Shown: in pieces, positions 1 through 9,435 of the stretch
Numbering within the stretch: position 1 is the stretch's first letter
How the letters are laid out: each line of letters starts with the position of its first letter
Assembly: GCA_016716745.1 (NCBI GenBank)
Contig: JADJVD010000006.1
Location: forward strand, 53,840 to 117,839
Reading direction: 5' to 3'
DNA from: Hyphomicrobiales bacterium
GTDB lineage: Bacteria > Pseudomonadota > Alphaproteobacteria > Rhizobiales > Beijerinckiaceae
Length of the DNA: 64,000 nucleotides
Program-made: the position numbers and the translations under genes
Notes under the pieces: generated by a model
Database searches by the model: none
Told to the model about the DNA's origin: nothing
Seen by the model: the letters and a program-made list of their open reading frames with translations, nothing else

Positions 1-474
1 GACGACCGCCAGCGGTTCGCCGAACGCCGCCTCGGCTACCGATACGCCGTCCGGAGCCACGACAGCTTGCGCCGCGTCGCACACGATGCGCTGGCGGAAG
101 CCGCCCTGCACATGTGGAAAGCGCATCGCCGATCCGTAGAAGCGCATGTCGAGGCAATGCATCTGCAGGCCGCGCAGGCAATAGCTGCAATGATTGCACG
201 GCCGGCTTGGGTTGACGGCGACGGTCTGCCCGACGCGCAAGCCGCCGACGCCCGGCCCGAGCCGCTCGATCACGCCGGCGATCTCGTGGCCGAGCACCAT
301 CGGCTCCTTGACGCGCACGACGCCGAAGCCGCCGTCATGATAGTAATGCAAGTCCGAGCCGCAGATGCCGCCCGCGCCGATCTTGACGAGAACCTCGCCC
401 GCCCCCGGTTCGCCGAGCGGAACCTCCTCGATGCGCAGATCGTGGGCGGCGTGAATGACGGCGGCGAGTGTCAT
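1..474 (-). CDS. zinc-type (MDR) alcohol/polyol dehydrogenase, L-idonate 5-dehydrogenase-like; only the N-terminal part is present because the gene runs off the left edge
   Basis: Not in the ORF track because it is open at the window edge. The reverse complement from ATG (472-474) reads MTLAAVIHAAHDLRIEEVPLGEPGAGEVLVKIGAGGICGSDLHYYHDGGFGVVRVKEPMVLGHEIAGVIERLGPGVGG, with the GxCGSDLH and GHE motifs of MDR dehydrogenases. The listed + ORF 67..492 is its antisense shadow. Confidence 0.8.
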   Translation of the reverse strand, partial: MTLAAVIHAAHDLRIEEVPLGEPGAGEVLVKIGAGGICGSDLHYYHDGGFGVVRVKEPMVLGHEIAGVIERLGPGVGGLRVGQTVAVNPSRPCNHCSYCLRGLQMHCLDMRFYGSAMRFPHVQGGFRQRIVCDAAQAVVAPDGVSVAEAAFGEPLAVV

Positions 475-549
475 GAGCGACTCGGGGGATGAGCGTTTCC
501 TGAAAGAACGCTATCCTCGGCCCCAGCGGGCGACAAGGCGGGGCGGGGG

Positions 550-1887
550 ATGGAACGACGGGTCTGGTTGCGCGATCCGCAGGCGATCCTCGCCGACGGC
601 GCGGCGCGCGGCGTCGTCATCGCGGGCGCGCGCATCGTCGAATGCGTCGGCGCCGGGCGCGAGCCGTCGAGCCCGGTCGACGCCGTGTTCGACGCCGGCC
701 GCCATGTCGTGCTGCCGGGCCTCGTCAACACCCATCATCATTTCTATCAGACGCTGACGCGCGCGCATCCGCATGCGATCAACAAGGAGCTGTTTTCCTG
801 GCTCGTCGCGCTCTATCCGGTGTGGGCGCGGCTCGATCCCGACAGCTTCCGCCTCGCCGTGCGGCTCGCGCTCGTCGAGTTGCTTCTGTCGGGCTGCACC
901 ACGGCGGCCGATCATCACTACGTCTTTCCGCGCGGCCTCGAGAACGCCATCGATATCGAGGTCGAGGAGGCGAGGGCGCTCGGCCTGCGCATGACGGTGA
1001 CGCGCGGTTCGATGAACCTGTCGCAGAAAGACGGCGGTCTGCCGCCCGACAGCGTGGTGCAGGACGAGGACGAGATTCTCGCCGACAGCGAGCGCGTTCT
1101 GTCGCGCTGGCACGAGCCCGGCGGGGGCGCGCGCATACAGGTCGCGCTCGCGCCCTGTTCGCCGTTTTCTGTGACGAAGCGGCTGATGCGCGAGACCGCC
1201 GCGCTGGCGGAGCGTTTCGATTGCGCGCTGCACACGCATCTGGCCGAGACGGCGGACGAGGAGGCCTATTGCCTGTCAAAATATGCGTGCCGTCCCGTCG
1301 ATCTGCTTGAGGAGACAGGTTGGCTGAACGAGCGCGCCTGGCTCGCGCACGGAATCCATTTCGACGACGCGGAGGTGGCGCGGCTCGGCCGTCACGGCGT
1401 CGGCGTCTGTCATTGCGCGACTTCGAACATGGTGCTCGCCTCCGGCGTCTGTCGCACCAAGGAGCTGGAGGCGGCGGGCGTGCGCGTCGGCCTCGGCGTC
1501 GACGGCTCGGCCTCCAACGATTCGTCGAACATGATGGAGGCTGTGCGCCACGCGCTGATGATCGGGCGTCTGCGCTACGGCGCGGCCGCGGTGACGCATC
1601 TCGACGCCCTGAGATGGGCGACCGAGGGAAGCGCCAGATGCCTGCGCCGCGCCGACATCGGTCGCATCGCGCCGGACATGCAGGCCGACCTTGCGCTGTT
1701 CCGTCTCGACGAGCCGCGCTTTTCCGGCGCGCACGATCCGCTCGCCGCGCTCGTGCTGTGCGGCGCCCACCGCGCCGACCGCGTCATGATCGCGGGCGAA
1801 TGGAAGGTGATCGACGGCGCGCCGGTCGGCGTCGATGTGGCCGAACTTGTGGCGCGCCACAGCGCGGCGGCGCGGCGCTTCGCGTGA
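550..1887 (+). CDS. amidohydrolase-superfamily deaminase (8-oxoguanine deaminase / SsnA-like)
   Basis: 445-aa ORF with GGGGGA just upstream of the ATG. The metal-binding motif PGLVNTHHHFYQTLTRA and the overall length are typical of this family. Confidence 0.75.
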   Translation: MERRVWLRDPQAILADGAARGVVIAGARIVECVGAGREPSSPVDAVFDAGRHVVLPGLVNTHHHFYQTLTRAHPHAINKELFSWLVALYPVWARLDPDSFRLAVRLALVELLLSGCTTAADHHYVFPRGLENAIDIEVEEARALGLRMTVTRGSMNLSQKDGGLPPDSVVQDEDEILADSERVLSRWHEPGGGARIQVALAPCSPFSVTKRLMRETAALAERFDCALHTHLAETADEEAYCLSKYACRPVDLLEETGWLNERAWLAHGIHFDDAEVARLGRHGVGVCHCATSNMVLASGVCRTKELEAAGVRVGLGVDGSASNDSSNMMEAVRHALMIGRLRYGAAAVTHLDALRWATEGSARCLRRADIGRIAPDMQADLALFRLDEPRFSGAHDPLAALVLCGAHRADRVMIAGEWKVIDGAPVGVDVAELVARHSAAARRFA

Positions 1888-1891
1888 GGGA

Positions 1892-2809
1892 TTAGGCTTC
1901 GCCGAGCGCCGCGAGCACGGCCGCGCGCGTCGGCAGCGGCGCCACCGCGCCGTAGCCTTGCGTGGAGAGCGCGGCGGCGGCGTTGGCGAAACGCGCGGCG
2001 CGGAACGGGTCGTTCGTGCGCAGATATTCGGCGAGAAACGCGCCGTCATAGGCGTCGCCCGCGCCCGTCGCGTCCACCGCCTCGACGCGCACGCTGGCGA
2101 TGCGCTCGCGCCGATCCGGCGTCGCCACCAGCGAGCCGTCGGCGCCGAGCGTCAGCGCGACGATTTTCGCGCCGAGCGAGAGATAGAAGTCCGCGATCGC
2201 GTCCGGGTCGTCGAGGCCGGTCAGCTTCTGCGCGTCGTCGAGACCGGGTCGCGCGATGTCGGCGCTGCGGATCGCCTCGTGAATGATCGCGCGGGCGCGC
2301 CGCAGCGGCCACAGCTTCAGGCGCAGATTGGTGTCGTAGCAGACGATCCGGCCGGCCCCGCGCGCCGCGTCGATGGCGGCGAACACCGCGTCCGCCGCGC
2401 TCGCCGAGATCGCCTGGCTGATCGCCGAGACATGCAGCGCCCTGGCGCTCGCGACATAGGCCTGCGGCACGTCGGTGGGCGCCACGCGGCTCGCCGCCGA
2501 GCCGGCGCGCATGTAGGAGAACTCGTGCCCCTGCGGCCCGTGCGTGACAAAGTAGATGCCCGTCGCCGCGCCCGCGTCGATGCGCACCTGCGAAACGTCG
2601 ACGCCCTCGCCGCGCCACATCTCGAGAATGGAGCGGCCGAACACGTCGTCGCCGAGCGCGGTGAAATAGCCCGTGCGCGCCCCGCAACGCGCCGCCGCGA
2701 CAATGGCGTTGGAAGTGTCGCCGCCCACGCCCGGCCGATAGCCGTCCGAGCCGCGCGTCTGGTTCAGCTCGATGAGCGGCTCGCCCATGCCAACGATGTC
2801 GAGTGTCAT
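1892..2809 (-). CDS. PfkB-family sugar kinase (2-dehydro-3-deoxygluconokinase-like)
   Basis: This is the C-terminal 305 aa of the artefactual 931-aa ORF 1892..4687. The start was taken at MTLDIVGMGEPLIELN (ATG 2807-2809). The C-terminal motif DATGAGDAYDGAF is the PfkB signature. Confidence 0.8.
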   Translation of the reverse strand: MTLDIVGMGEPLIELNQTRGSDGYRPGVGGDTSNAIVAAARCGARTGYFTALGDDVFGRSILEMWRGEGVDVSQVRIDAGAATGIYFVTHGPQGHEFSYMRAGSAASRVAPTDVPQAYVASARALHVSAISQAISASAADAVFAAIDAARGAGRIVCYDTNLRLKLWPLRRARAIIHEAIRSADIARPGLDDAQKLTGLDDPDAIADFYLSLGAKIVALTLGADGSLVATPDRRERIASVRVEAVDATGAGDAYDGAFLAEYLRTNDPFRAARFANAAAALSTQGYGAVAPLPTRAAVLAALGEA

Positions 2810-2944
2810 TTTAAGGCGCCGATCCCCCTGCGGCGCGGGACTGTATGCGCTTGCGCCAGCCCGCGCCAGTGGCGCGGCTTGACCGGCCGCGCCGGCGAGG
2901 GCCATCTGGGGCGACGGGCGCAAGCCGCTGCGACAGGAGCCTGC

Positions 2945-3373
2945 ATGAGCGATCTCGATCTGGCGAAAGCGCGCGCCATCCTCGACGCCGCCCTGGCGGA
3001 AGGCAGGGCGCGCGGCTTGAAGCCGCTCTCCGTCGTCGTGCTCGACGGGCGCGGCGCGCTGGCCGCCGCAGCCTCCGAGGACGGCGTCAGCCTGATGCGC
3101 TGGAAGATCGCGATGGGCAAGGCGCAGGCCGCGCTCGGGCTGGGCCTCGGCTCGCGCGCCGTGGGCGTCATGGCGGTGGACCGGCCCCATTTCACCGGCG
3201 CGGTGGCGGCGATGGCGCCGGACGGATTCGTGCCGGTCGCCGGCGGCGTGCTGATCCGCGCCGCGGGGCGCATTGTCGGCGCGGTCGGCGTGTCGGGCGA
3301 TGCGTCGGACAATGACGAGGCGGCGGCTGTCGCCGGAATCGCGGCGGCGGGCCTCGCCGCTGACGCAGGCTGA
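2945..3373 (+). CDS. GlcG/HbpS-like (DUF336) putative heme-binding protein
   Basis: MSDLDLAKARAILDAALAEGRARGLKPLSVVVLDGRGAL...GAVGVSGDASDNDEAAA, 142 aa, which is the typical GlcG pattern. The start was taken at the internal ATG 2945 of ORF 1835..3373. Confidence 0.7.
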   Translation: MSDLDLAKARAILDAALAEGRARGLKPLSVVVLDGRGALAAAASEDGVSLMRWKIAMGKAQAALGLGLGSRAVGVMAVDRPHFTGAVAAMAPDGFVPVAGGVLIRAAGRIVGAVGVSGDASDNDEAAAVAGIAAAGLAADAG

Positions 3374-3388
3374 GGGCAGGGGAGCGGA

Positions 3389-4639
3389 ATGGTCGATTTC
3401 AGGAACATGCGCATCGACGGCGCGCGCCTGTGGGACGCGCTGATGGAGATGGCGAAGATCGGCGGCACGCCGGCCGGCGGCTGCAACCGCCAGACGCTGA
3501 CCGATCTCGACCGGCAGGGGCGCGATCTGTTCGCCCGCTGGTGCCGCGAGGCGGGCATGACGATGCGCGTCGACAAGATGGGCAATATGTTCGCCCGCCG
3601 CCCCGGCCTCGACGACAAACTGGCGCCGGTGATGCTCGGCAGCCATCTCGACACCCAGCCGACCGGCGGCAAGTTCGACGGCGTGCTCGGCGTGCTCGGC
3701 GCGCTCGAGGTGGTGCGCAGCCTCAACGACATGAATGTGCGCACCCGCCGCCCGATCGAAGTCGCGAACTGGACCAACGAGGAGGGCGCGCGCTTCGCGC
3801 CCTCGATGATCGGCTCGGGCGTGTTCGCCGGGCATTATACGCTGGAGGAGGCCTACGCCGCGCGCGATCTCGAAGGCGCCGAATTCGGCGCCGAACTGAA
3901 GCGCATTGGCTATGTCGGCCCGGACGAGGCGGGCGGGCGGCCGATCCACGCCTATTTCGAGCTGCATATCGAGCAGGGCCCGATCCTCGAGGACGAGAAG
4001 ATCGACATCGGCGTCGTCACCCACGGCCAGGGCCAGCGCTGGTACGAATACGCGATCAAGGGATTCGAGAGCCATGCCGGCTCCACCCCGATGCCGCGCC
4101 GGCGCGACGCGCTGCTCGGCGCCGCGCGCATCGTCGAGCTCGTCAACCGCACTGCGCTCGCCCACCCGCCGCTGGCGATGGGCACCTGCGGGGTGATCGA
4201 GTCGAAACCCGGCTCGCGCAACGTCATCCCGGGCGAGGTGTTTCTCACCAGCGAATTCCGCCACCCGGACGACGCCGTGCTCAGCGCCATGGACAAGGCG
4301 CTGCGCGAGGGCGTGGCCGAGATCGCCGCGCGCGGCCGGCTCGAGATCGAGATGCGCGAGATTTCCTACTATCCGCCTGTGCCGTTCGAGGCGAGCTGCG
4401 TCGCCGCCGTTCGCCGCGCCGCGCAGGAGCTCGGCTATTCGCATCGCGACATCGTGTCGGGCGCAGGCCACGACGCCTGCTGGGTCGCGCTCGTCGCGCC
4501 GACGGCGATGATCTTCACGCCCTGCGTCGACGGCGTCAGCCACAACGAGAGCGAGACGATCTTGCCGGAATGGGCCAGCGCCGGCGCCGACGTGCTGCTG
4601 CGCGCCGCGCTCGAGAAGGCGGAAGTCGTCGCCGCCTGA
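3389..4639 (+). CDS. M20-family Zn-dependent hydrolase (N-carbamoyl-L-amino-acid hydrolase / allantoate amidohydrolase-like)
   Basis: 416-aa ORF. MGNMFARRPG, GSHLDTQPTGGKFDG and NWTNEEGARFAPSMIGSG are characteristic of AmaB/AllC-type amidohydrolases. Confidence 0.8.
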   Translation: MVDFRNMRIDGARLWDALMEMAKIGGTPAGGCNRQTLTDLDRQGRDLFARWCREAGMTMRVDKMGNMFARRPGLDDKLAPVMLGSHLDTQPTGGKFDGVLGVLGALEVVRSLNDMNVRTRRPIEVANWTNEEGARFAPSMIGSGVFAGHYTLEEAYAARDLEGAEFGAELKRIGYVGPDEAGGRPIHAYFELHIEQGPILEDEKIDIGVVTHGQGQRWYEYAIKGFESHAGSTPMPRRRDALLGAARIVELVNRTALAHPPLAMGTCGVIESKPGSRNVIPGEVFLTSEFRHPDDAVLSAMDKALREGVAEIAARGRLEIEMREISYYPPVPFEASCVAAVRRAAQELGYSHRDIVSGAGHDACWVALVAPTAMIFTPCVDGVSHNESETILPEWASAGADVLLRAALEKAEVVAA

Positions 4640-4868
4640 CAATCGCGTCCGCACGATGCGGCGCCGCGCAGGAATGCGACGACGCACAATGTGCGCGGCC
4701 GCACCTCCGCGCCGGCGCGCGCCGCGCTATCGGCTTCGTCCTGACGACGCCATAGGGGCGTCACACTTGTCCGTCACACCGTGAGCATCAACGCCGCGAC
4801 GTTACGCGACGACGGCGGGATCGTCGGCTTTCGGGCCGCGGTCGATCGACAAGCGATGGGAGAGGCGC

Positions 4869-5264
4869 ATGGCGCGGTCATTTGGCAAGGCGAGCGGGGA
4901 GGCGGACCCCACCATGATCGAGGATCTTCTGCACTCCTGCGCCTATGCGCCGGTCGCCCGCGCGGCGCTCGCCTCGATCGGCGGCGCCTTCGCGGAGGAG
5001 GTTCGCCGCTTCGCCGAGTCGCGCGACATGGCGGCCGGCGTGTTCGCCGCTCGTGCGGTCATTCGCTACGGCCGCCGGGCCACCGACGAGAGCCTTTTCG
5101 ACCTGGCGCGTCTGATGCAGGGCTCGGACCAGCCGGTTCTCGCCGGATTGCGCGAAATTCTGGCTCAGGCCATCGGCGAGCGGGACGCCGACGGGTCCGG
5201 ATCCCGCGAATCCTCGCCGCCGCCGAGGAGCCGCGCGTCCGAGAGGCCGCGCCTCTCGCTCTGA
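4869..5264 (+). CDS. hypothetical protein
   Basis: 131-aa ORF with a strong GC3 bias and GGGAGAGG 5 nt upstream of the ATG. I do not recognise a family. Confidence 0.4.
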   Translation: MARSFGKASGEADPTMIEDLLHSCAYAPVARAALASIGGAFAEEVRRFAESRDMAAGVFAARAVIRYGRRATDESLFDLARLMQGSDQPVLAGLREILAQAIGERDADGSGSRESSPPPRSRASERPRLSL

Positions 5265-5283
5265 GGTTCGCCGGCGGCGCCGA

Positions 5284-5748
5284 TCAGGCGTCGCCGACGG
5301 GCAGGGGGCGGTAATAGGCCGAGGCGACTTTCTCGAAGCGCCCGCGCAGCGAGGCCTCGAGCCCTGTTTCGGCGTCCTCGTCGCCGGCCCCGCCGCCGAT
5401 CTCCAGCACCACGCCCTTGCAGCCGCGCTCGCGGGCGATGCGCTCGGCGGCGGCGACGATGGCGGCGTTAAGCACCGGGCTCGGCACGCCGCTGCAGGCG
5501 AGCGCCTGAACCCTCAGGACCCGGCCGTGCCGGAGATCCTGCTCGACCTCGTGGGTGAACAGCGCATGGGCGTAGCCGCGCGAATCCTCGATGGCGACGA
5601 CGTCCGAGCCGGCGCCGGGGCGATCGCGCGCGTCGAGATAGGCGAGCCAGTCTTCGAGTTTCAGGGCGGGATCGAAAAAATGGACGAGCGCGAAACCGCG
5701 GCCGGCGCGGTCGCGCTCCAGTCGCACGGCGCGAAAGGCCCCCTCCAT
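5284..5748 (-). CDS. hypothetical protein, divergent from the FNR regulator gene
   Basis: ORF 5284..5811 trimmed to the internal Met (MEGAFRAVRLERD...). The longer version would cover the FNR box. Codon bias is coding-like and no family is recognised. Confidence 0.45.
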   Translation of the reverse strand: MEGAFRAVRLERDRAGRGFALVHFFDPALKLEDWLAYLDARDRPGAGSDVVAIEDSRGYAHALFTHEVEQDLRHGRVLRVQALACSGVPSPVLNAAIVAAAERIARERGCKGVVLEIGGGAGDEDAETGLEASLRGRFEKVASAYYRPLPVGDA

Positions 5749-5810
5749 AGTCCGCAGCCTCGAACCGATTTCTCCCACCAAGCAAAATAGGCTTGAGCCG
5801 TCCCCCCACA

Positions 5811-5824
5811 TTGATGCATATCAA
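5811..5824. promoter_or_regulatory. perfect FNR/FixK box TTGAT-GCAT-ATCAA in the divergent intergenic region
   Basis: Exact match to the TTGAT-N4-ATCAA consensus. It lies about 56 nt upstream of ATG 5874 and about 70 nt from the divergent ATG 5748. Confidence 0.7.
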
Positions 5825-5873
5825 CTCCGTCCGGGCGGCCGATCGCTCGGCCGCGTTCGACGTCGGCGGAGCG

Positions 5874-6632
5874 ATGGGAATGGCGAGAGTCTCGGCGCAT
5901 GACGGGGACGGGCCGCATTCCTTGCGGGTCGGGTGTTCGCATGCGACCTGCGAGACGATCTGCGCCGACTGCCCGGTGCGGGGGCTCGCCGTGTGCTCGG
6001 CGCTCGAGCCGGAGGAGCTCGACGAGTTCAGCCGCCTTTCCCAGACCGTGCATCTGCCCGGCAAGGCGACCCTGATCGCGCAGGACGAGGAAGCCGAATA
6101 CATCTTCAATCTGACAGCCGGGGTGGTGCGGCTTTACCGCCTGCTGTCGGACGGTCGCCGCCAGATCGTCGGCTTCGCCCTGCCGGGCGATTTTCTCGGC
6201 CTGGCGATGACGAAGCGCAACACCTTCTCGGCGGACGCGGTGGCCCCGGTCGCCGCCTGCCGCTTTCCGCGGGAGGTTTTTGCGCGCTATCTTGCGGAAA
6301 AGCCGCATCTTTTGCGGCGTCTGCATGAACTCTCCACGCACGAGCTGACGCTGGCGCAGGACCAGATGGTGCTGCTCGGCCGTCGCACGGCGGAGGAGAA
6401 GGTGGCCGCGTTCCTGATCGCCTTCCGCGACCGCTGGAGCCGCATCAACCAGGCGCATCTGCACATTCCGCTGCCGATGAGCCGGCAGGACATCGGCGAT
6501 TTCCTCGGCCTCACCGTCGAAACGGTGAGCCGGATGATGACGAAGCTCGCCCGCGACAAGGTGATCGTCATCGTCCCCGACGGGGTGCGCATTCTCGACG
6601 AGAAGAAGCTCGAATCGCTCTGCGCCGGCTGA
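5874..6632 (+). CDS. FNR-type CRP-family transcription regulator with an N-terminal Cys cluster (FnrN/FnrL-like oxygen sensor)
   Basis: ORF 5793..6632. The start was moved downstream of the FNR box to ATG 5874 (5880 is also possible). The N-terminal CSHATCETICADCPVRGLAVC resembles the FNR Cys pattern C-x3-C-x2-C-xn-C. A cNMP-like domain and a C-terminal HTH (SRQDIGDFLGLTVETVSRMMTKL) are present. Confidence 0.85.
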   Translation: MGMARVSAHDGDGPHSLRVGCSHATCETICADCPVRGLAVCSALEPEELDEFSRLSQTVHLPGKATLIAQDEEAEYIFNLTAGVVRLYRLLSDGRRQIVGFALPGDFLGLAMTKRNTFSADAVAPVAACRFPREVFARYLAEKPHLLRRLHELSTHELTLAQDQMVLLGRRTAEEKVAAFLIAFRDRWSRINQAHLHIPLPMSRQDIGDFLGLTVETVSRMMTKLARDKVIVIVPDGVRILDEKKLESLCAG

Positions 6633-6721
6633 AACCGGCTGGGCGGTTCGCGCGACGTTGAGTCGCGCGCCGGGATTTGGCGCAACTCGCCCGAAAGTGG
6701 CGCCTCGCGCCGACTAACCGC

Positions 6722-6735
6722 TTGACTTGAATCAA
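6722..6735 (+). promoter_or_regulatory. FNR/FixK box TTGAC-TTGA-ATCAA upstream of ccoN
   Basis: 9 of 10 match to TTGAT-N4-ATCAA, about 95 nt upstream of the ccoN ATG. This is the classic arrangement for fixNOQP/ccoNOQP promoters. Confidence 0.7.
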
Positions 6736-6827
6736 TGTTGGCGGGATTGCGGCAGACGATGTTGCGGCACAACAGGCGGGCGGAGTCGCATCCGCGCCCC
6801 CGCGCGCCTGCAGTTGGGGATAGGGCC

Positions 6828-8504
6828 ATGGCAGAATCCACGCTTGCAAGTCCGTCAGGCGGACCAATCAAGAGATCAATGACATTCGGCGAGATTGGCG
6901 TGTCGATCGCCTTGGTCGCGCTGGCTGCGCTCTCGCTGCTGATCGCGGCGAAGGCGTACACGCCCGAATATGCGTTCCACGCCTATCTGTTCGCCGCCGC
7001 GAGCGTCGGCGGAATCTACGCGATCGTCTCGCGCTACATGGGCGGCCGTCCGGTCGCGGCGCAGGAGATCGACGGCAAGCCGAACTACAACATGGGCCCG
7101 GTCAAGTTCGCCGCGCTCATCTCGATGTTCTGGGGCATCGCCGGCTTCCTCGTCGGCGTCATCATCGCCCTGCAGCTCGCCTATCCGGTCATGAATCTGG
7201 ACCTGCAGTGGATCCAGTTCGGCCGCCTGCGCCCGCTGCACACCTCCGCGGTGATTTTCGCCTTCGGCGGCAACGTGCTGCTCGCGACGTCCTTCTACGT
7301 CGTGCAGCGCACCTCGCATGCGCGCCTGGCCGGCGACCTCGCCCCGTGGTTCGTCATCCTCGGCTACAACTTCTTCATCCTGATCGCCGGCACGGGCTAC
7401 CTGCTCGGCATCTCGCAGAGCAAGGAATACGCCGAGCCGGAGTGGTACTCCGACCTCTTCCTCACCGTGGTGTGGGTCGCCTACCTGCTGGTCTTCCTGG
7501 CGACGCTCTGGAAGCGCAAGGAGCCGCACATCTACGTGGCGAACTGGTTCTATCTGGCCTTCATCGTCACCATCGCCGTGCTGCATCTCGGCAACAACGC
7601 CACGATCCCGGTTTCGATCTTCTCGGCGAAGTCGTACATCGTGTGGGCGGGCGTGCAGGACGCGATGTTCCAGTGGTGGTACGGCCACAACGCGGTCGGC
7701 TTCTTCCTCACCGCCGGCTTCCTCGCCATCATGTACTACTTCGTTCCGAAGCGGGCGAACCGTCCGGTGTATTCCTACCGGCTGTCGATCGTCCACTTCT
7801 GGGCGCTGATCTTCCTCTACATCTGGGCGGGCCCGCACCACCTGCACTACACCGCGCTGCCCGACTGGGCGCAGACCCTCGGCATGACCTTCTCGATCAT
7901 GCTGTGGATGCCCTCGTGGGGCGGCATGATCAACGGCCTGATGACGCTGTCGGGCGCCTGGGACAAGCTGCGCACCGATCCGGTGCTGCGCATGATGGTG
8001 GTGTCGGTCGCGTTCTACGGCATGTCGACCTTCGAGGGTCCGCTCATGTCGATCAAGGTCGTGAACTCGCTCTCGCACTACACCGACTGGACGGTCGGTC
8101 ACGTGCATTCGGGCGCGCTCGGCTGGGTCGGCTTCGTCTCCTTCGGCGCGCTCTACTGCCTCGTCCCGTGGCTGTACAACCGTCCGGGCCTGTACTCGCT
8201 GAAGCTGGTGAACTGGCACTTCTGGATCGCGACCCTCGGCATCGTGCTCTACATCAGCTCGATGTGGGTGGCGGGCATCATGCAGGGCCTGATGTGGCGC
8301 GCCTACACCTCGCTCGGCTTCCTTGAGTACTCGTTCATCGAGACGGTCGAGGCGATGCACTACTTCTACGTCATCCGTGCGCTCGGCGGCGCCTTGTTCC
8401 TCGTCGGCGCGCTGATCATGGCGTGGAATCTCTACAAGACGATCACCTCGCCGAGCGTCGAGGCGGTTCCGGCGGGCCGTTCGCAGCTCGCCCCGGCGGA
8501 GTGA
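6828..8504 (+). CDS. ccoN: cbb3-type cytochrome c oxidase subunit I
   Basis: ORF 6735..8504 with the start moved to ATG 6828 (MAESTLASP...), downstream of the FNR box. It is a multi-TM heme-copper oxidase sequence ([35 protein letters not shown]). Confidence 0.95.
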   Translation: MAESTLASPSGGPIKRSMTFGEIGVSIALVALAALSLLIAAKAYTPEYAFHAYLFAAASVGGIYAIVSRYMGGRPVAAQEIDGKPNYNMGPVKFAALISMFWGIAGFLVGVIIALQLAYPVMNLDLQWIQFGRLRPLHTSAVIFAFGGNVLLATSFYVVQRTSHARLAGDLAPWFVILGYNFFILIAGTGYLLGISQSKEYAEPEWYSDLFLTVVWVAYLLVFLATLWKRKEPHIYVANWFYLAFIVTIAVLHLGNNATIPVSIFSAKSYIVWAGVQDAMFQWWYGHNAVGFFLTAGFLAIMYYFVPKRANRPVYSYRLSIVHFWALIFLYIWAGPHHLHYTALPDWAQTLGMTFSIMLWMPSWGGMINGLMTLSGAWDKLRTDPVLRMMVVSVAFYGMSTFEGPLMSIKVVNSLSHYTDWTVGHVHSGALGWVGFVSFGALYCLVPWLYNRPGLYSLKLVNWHFWIATLGIVLYISSMWVAGIMQGLMWRAYTSLGFLEYSFIETVEAMHYFYVIRALGGALFLVGALIMAWNLYKTITSPSVEAVPAGRSQLAPAE

Positions 8505-8511
8505 CATCATC

Positions 8512-9258
8512 ATGGCTGCACACGACACCTCATTCTGGTCCAAGCACCAGATCCTCGAGAAGAACTCGATCATCCTGGTCATCGGCATCCTGCTGATGAT
8601 CTCGGTGGGCGGTATCGTCGAAATCGCGCCGCTCTTCTATCTGAAGAGCACGATCGAAAAGGTGGGAGGGGTCCGCCCCTACACCCCGCTAGAGCTCGCC
8701 GGCCGCGACATCTATGTGCGTGAAGGGTGCTACACCTGCCACTCGCAGATGATCCGCGCGCTGAAGGACGAGGTCGAACGCTACGGCCACTACTCGCTGG
8801 CGGCCGAGAGCATGTACGACCACCCCTTCCAGTGGGGCTCGAAGCGTAACGGGCCGGATCTCGCCCGCGTCGGCGGCAAGTATTCGGACGACTGGCAGCG
8901 CGCGCATCTCGCCGCGCCCCGCTCGGTCGTTCCGGGTTCGATCATGCCGAATTACGCCTTCCTGTTCGACCGTGAGCTCCGCCTGGAGCATCTGGGCGAG
9001 CACATGACGATCCAGTCGATCGAGGGCGTGCCCTATACGCAGGAGCAGATCGCCAATGCGGCCGTGGACGCGGCGGCGCAACTCAACCCGGACGACAAGA
9101 ACGCCTCGGCTTTCGCCAAGCGTTGGCCGACCGCGGTTGTGCGCACTGTCGCCAAGCCCGGCAAGATCACCGAAGCGGACGCCGTCGTCGCGTATCTCCA
9201 GATGCTCGGCACGCTCGTCGACTTCAAGATCTACGACGAAAAGGCGAACCTGCGCTGA
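8512..9258 (+). CDS. ccoO: cbb3-type cytochrome c oxidase subunit II (monoheme)
   Basis: 248 aa, N-terminal TM anchor, single heme c site CYTCHSQMIR. It starts 8 nt after ccoN. Confidence 0.95.
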   Translation: MAAHDTSFWSKHQILEKNSIILVIGILLMISVGGIVEIAPLFYLKSTIEKVGGVRPYTPLELAGRDIYVREGCYTCHSQMIRALKDEVERYGHYSLAAESMYDHPFQWGSKRNGPDLARVGGKYSDDWQRAHLAAPRSVVPGSIMPNYAFLFDRELRLEHLGEHMTIQSIEGVPYTQEQIANAAVDAAAQLNPDDKNASAFAKRWPTAVVRTVAKPGKITEADAVVAYLQMLGTLVDFKIYDEKANLR

Positions 9259-9282
9259 CGCGCGACAATCGGGAGCGGCTTC

Positions 9283-9435
9283 ATGGGTGCGATGTATACC
9301 TGGGTGCAACTTGCGGCGCTGATCGGCGTCTGCCTCACCTTCGGTCTGATCGTTCTCTACGCACTGTGGCCGGGCAACCGGAGCCAGTTCGATGAAGCCG
9401 CTCAAGTGCCCTTCAAAGAGGATTCGGAGCCATGA
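9283..9435 (+). CDS. ccoQ: cbb3-type cytochrome c oxidase small subunit
   Basis: Absent from the ORF track. ATG 9283 to TGA 9435 reads MGAMYTWVQLAALIGVCLTFGLIVLYALWPGNRSQFDEAAQVPFKEDSEP (50 aa, one TM helix). Its stop overlaps the ccoP start (ATGA), and it sits in the canonical position between ccoO and ccoP. Confidence 0.8.
   Translation: MGAMYTWVQLAALIGVCLTFGLIVLYALWPGNRSQFDEAAQVPFKEDSEP

Noticed and set aside
1892-4687. A 931-aa ORF on the minus strand, and similar very long alternative-frame ORFs (e.g. 6876..8588, 11965..13920, 26761..28953, 30698..33202, 50772..53420, 53349..55592, 59727..62345).
   Set aside because: Their translations are Arg/Ala/Gly/Pro/His-rich and have no recognisable motifs. 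They lie antisense or out of frame to genes with clear family signatures. This is typical stop-codon depletion in high-GC DNA. Only the 3' 918 nt of 1892..4687 (the PfkB kinase) is real.
4781-5314. A 177-aa ORF overlaps the 131-aa ORF 4869..5264 in another frame.
   Set aside because: It is Arg/Gly-rich with no SD sequence. The 4869 frame has a good SD sequence and more protein-like composition, so only that one was kept, at low confidence.
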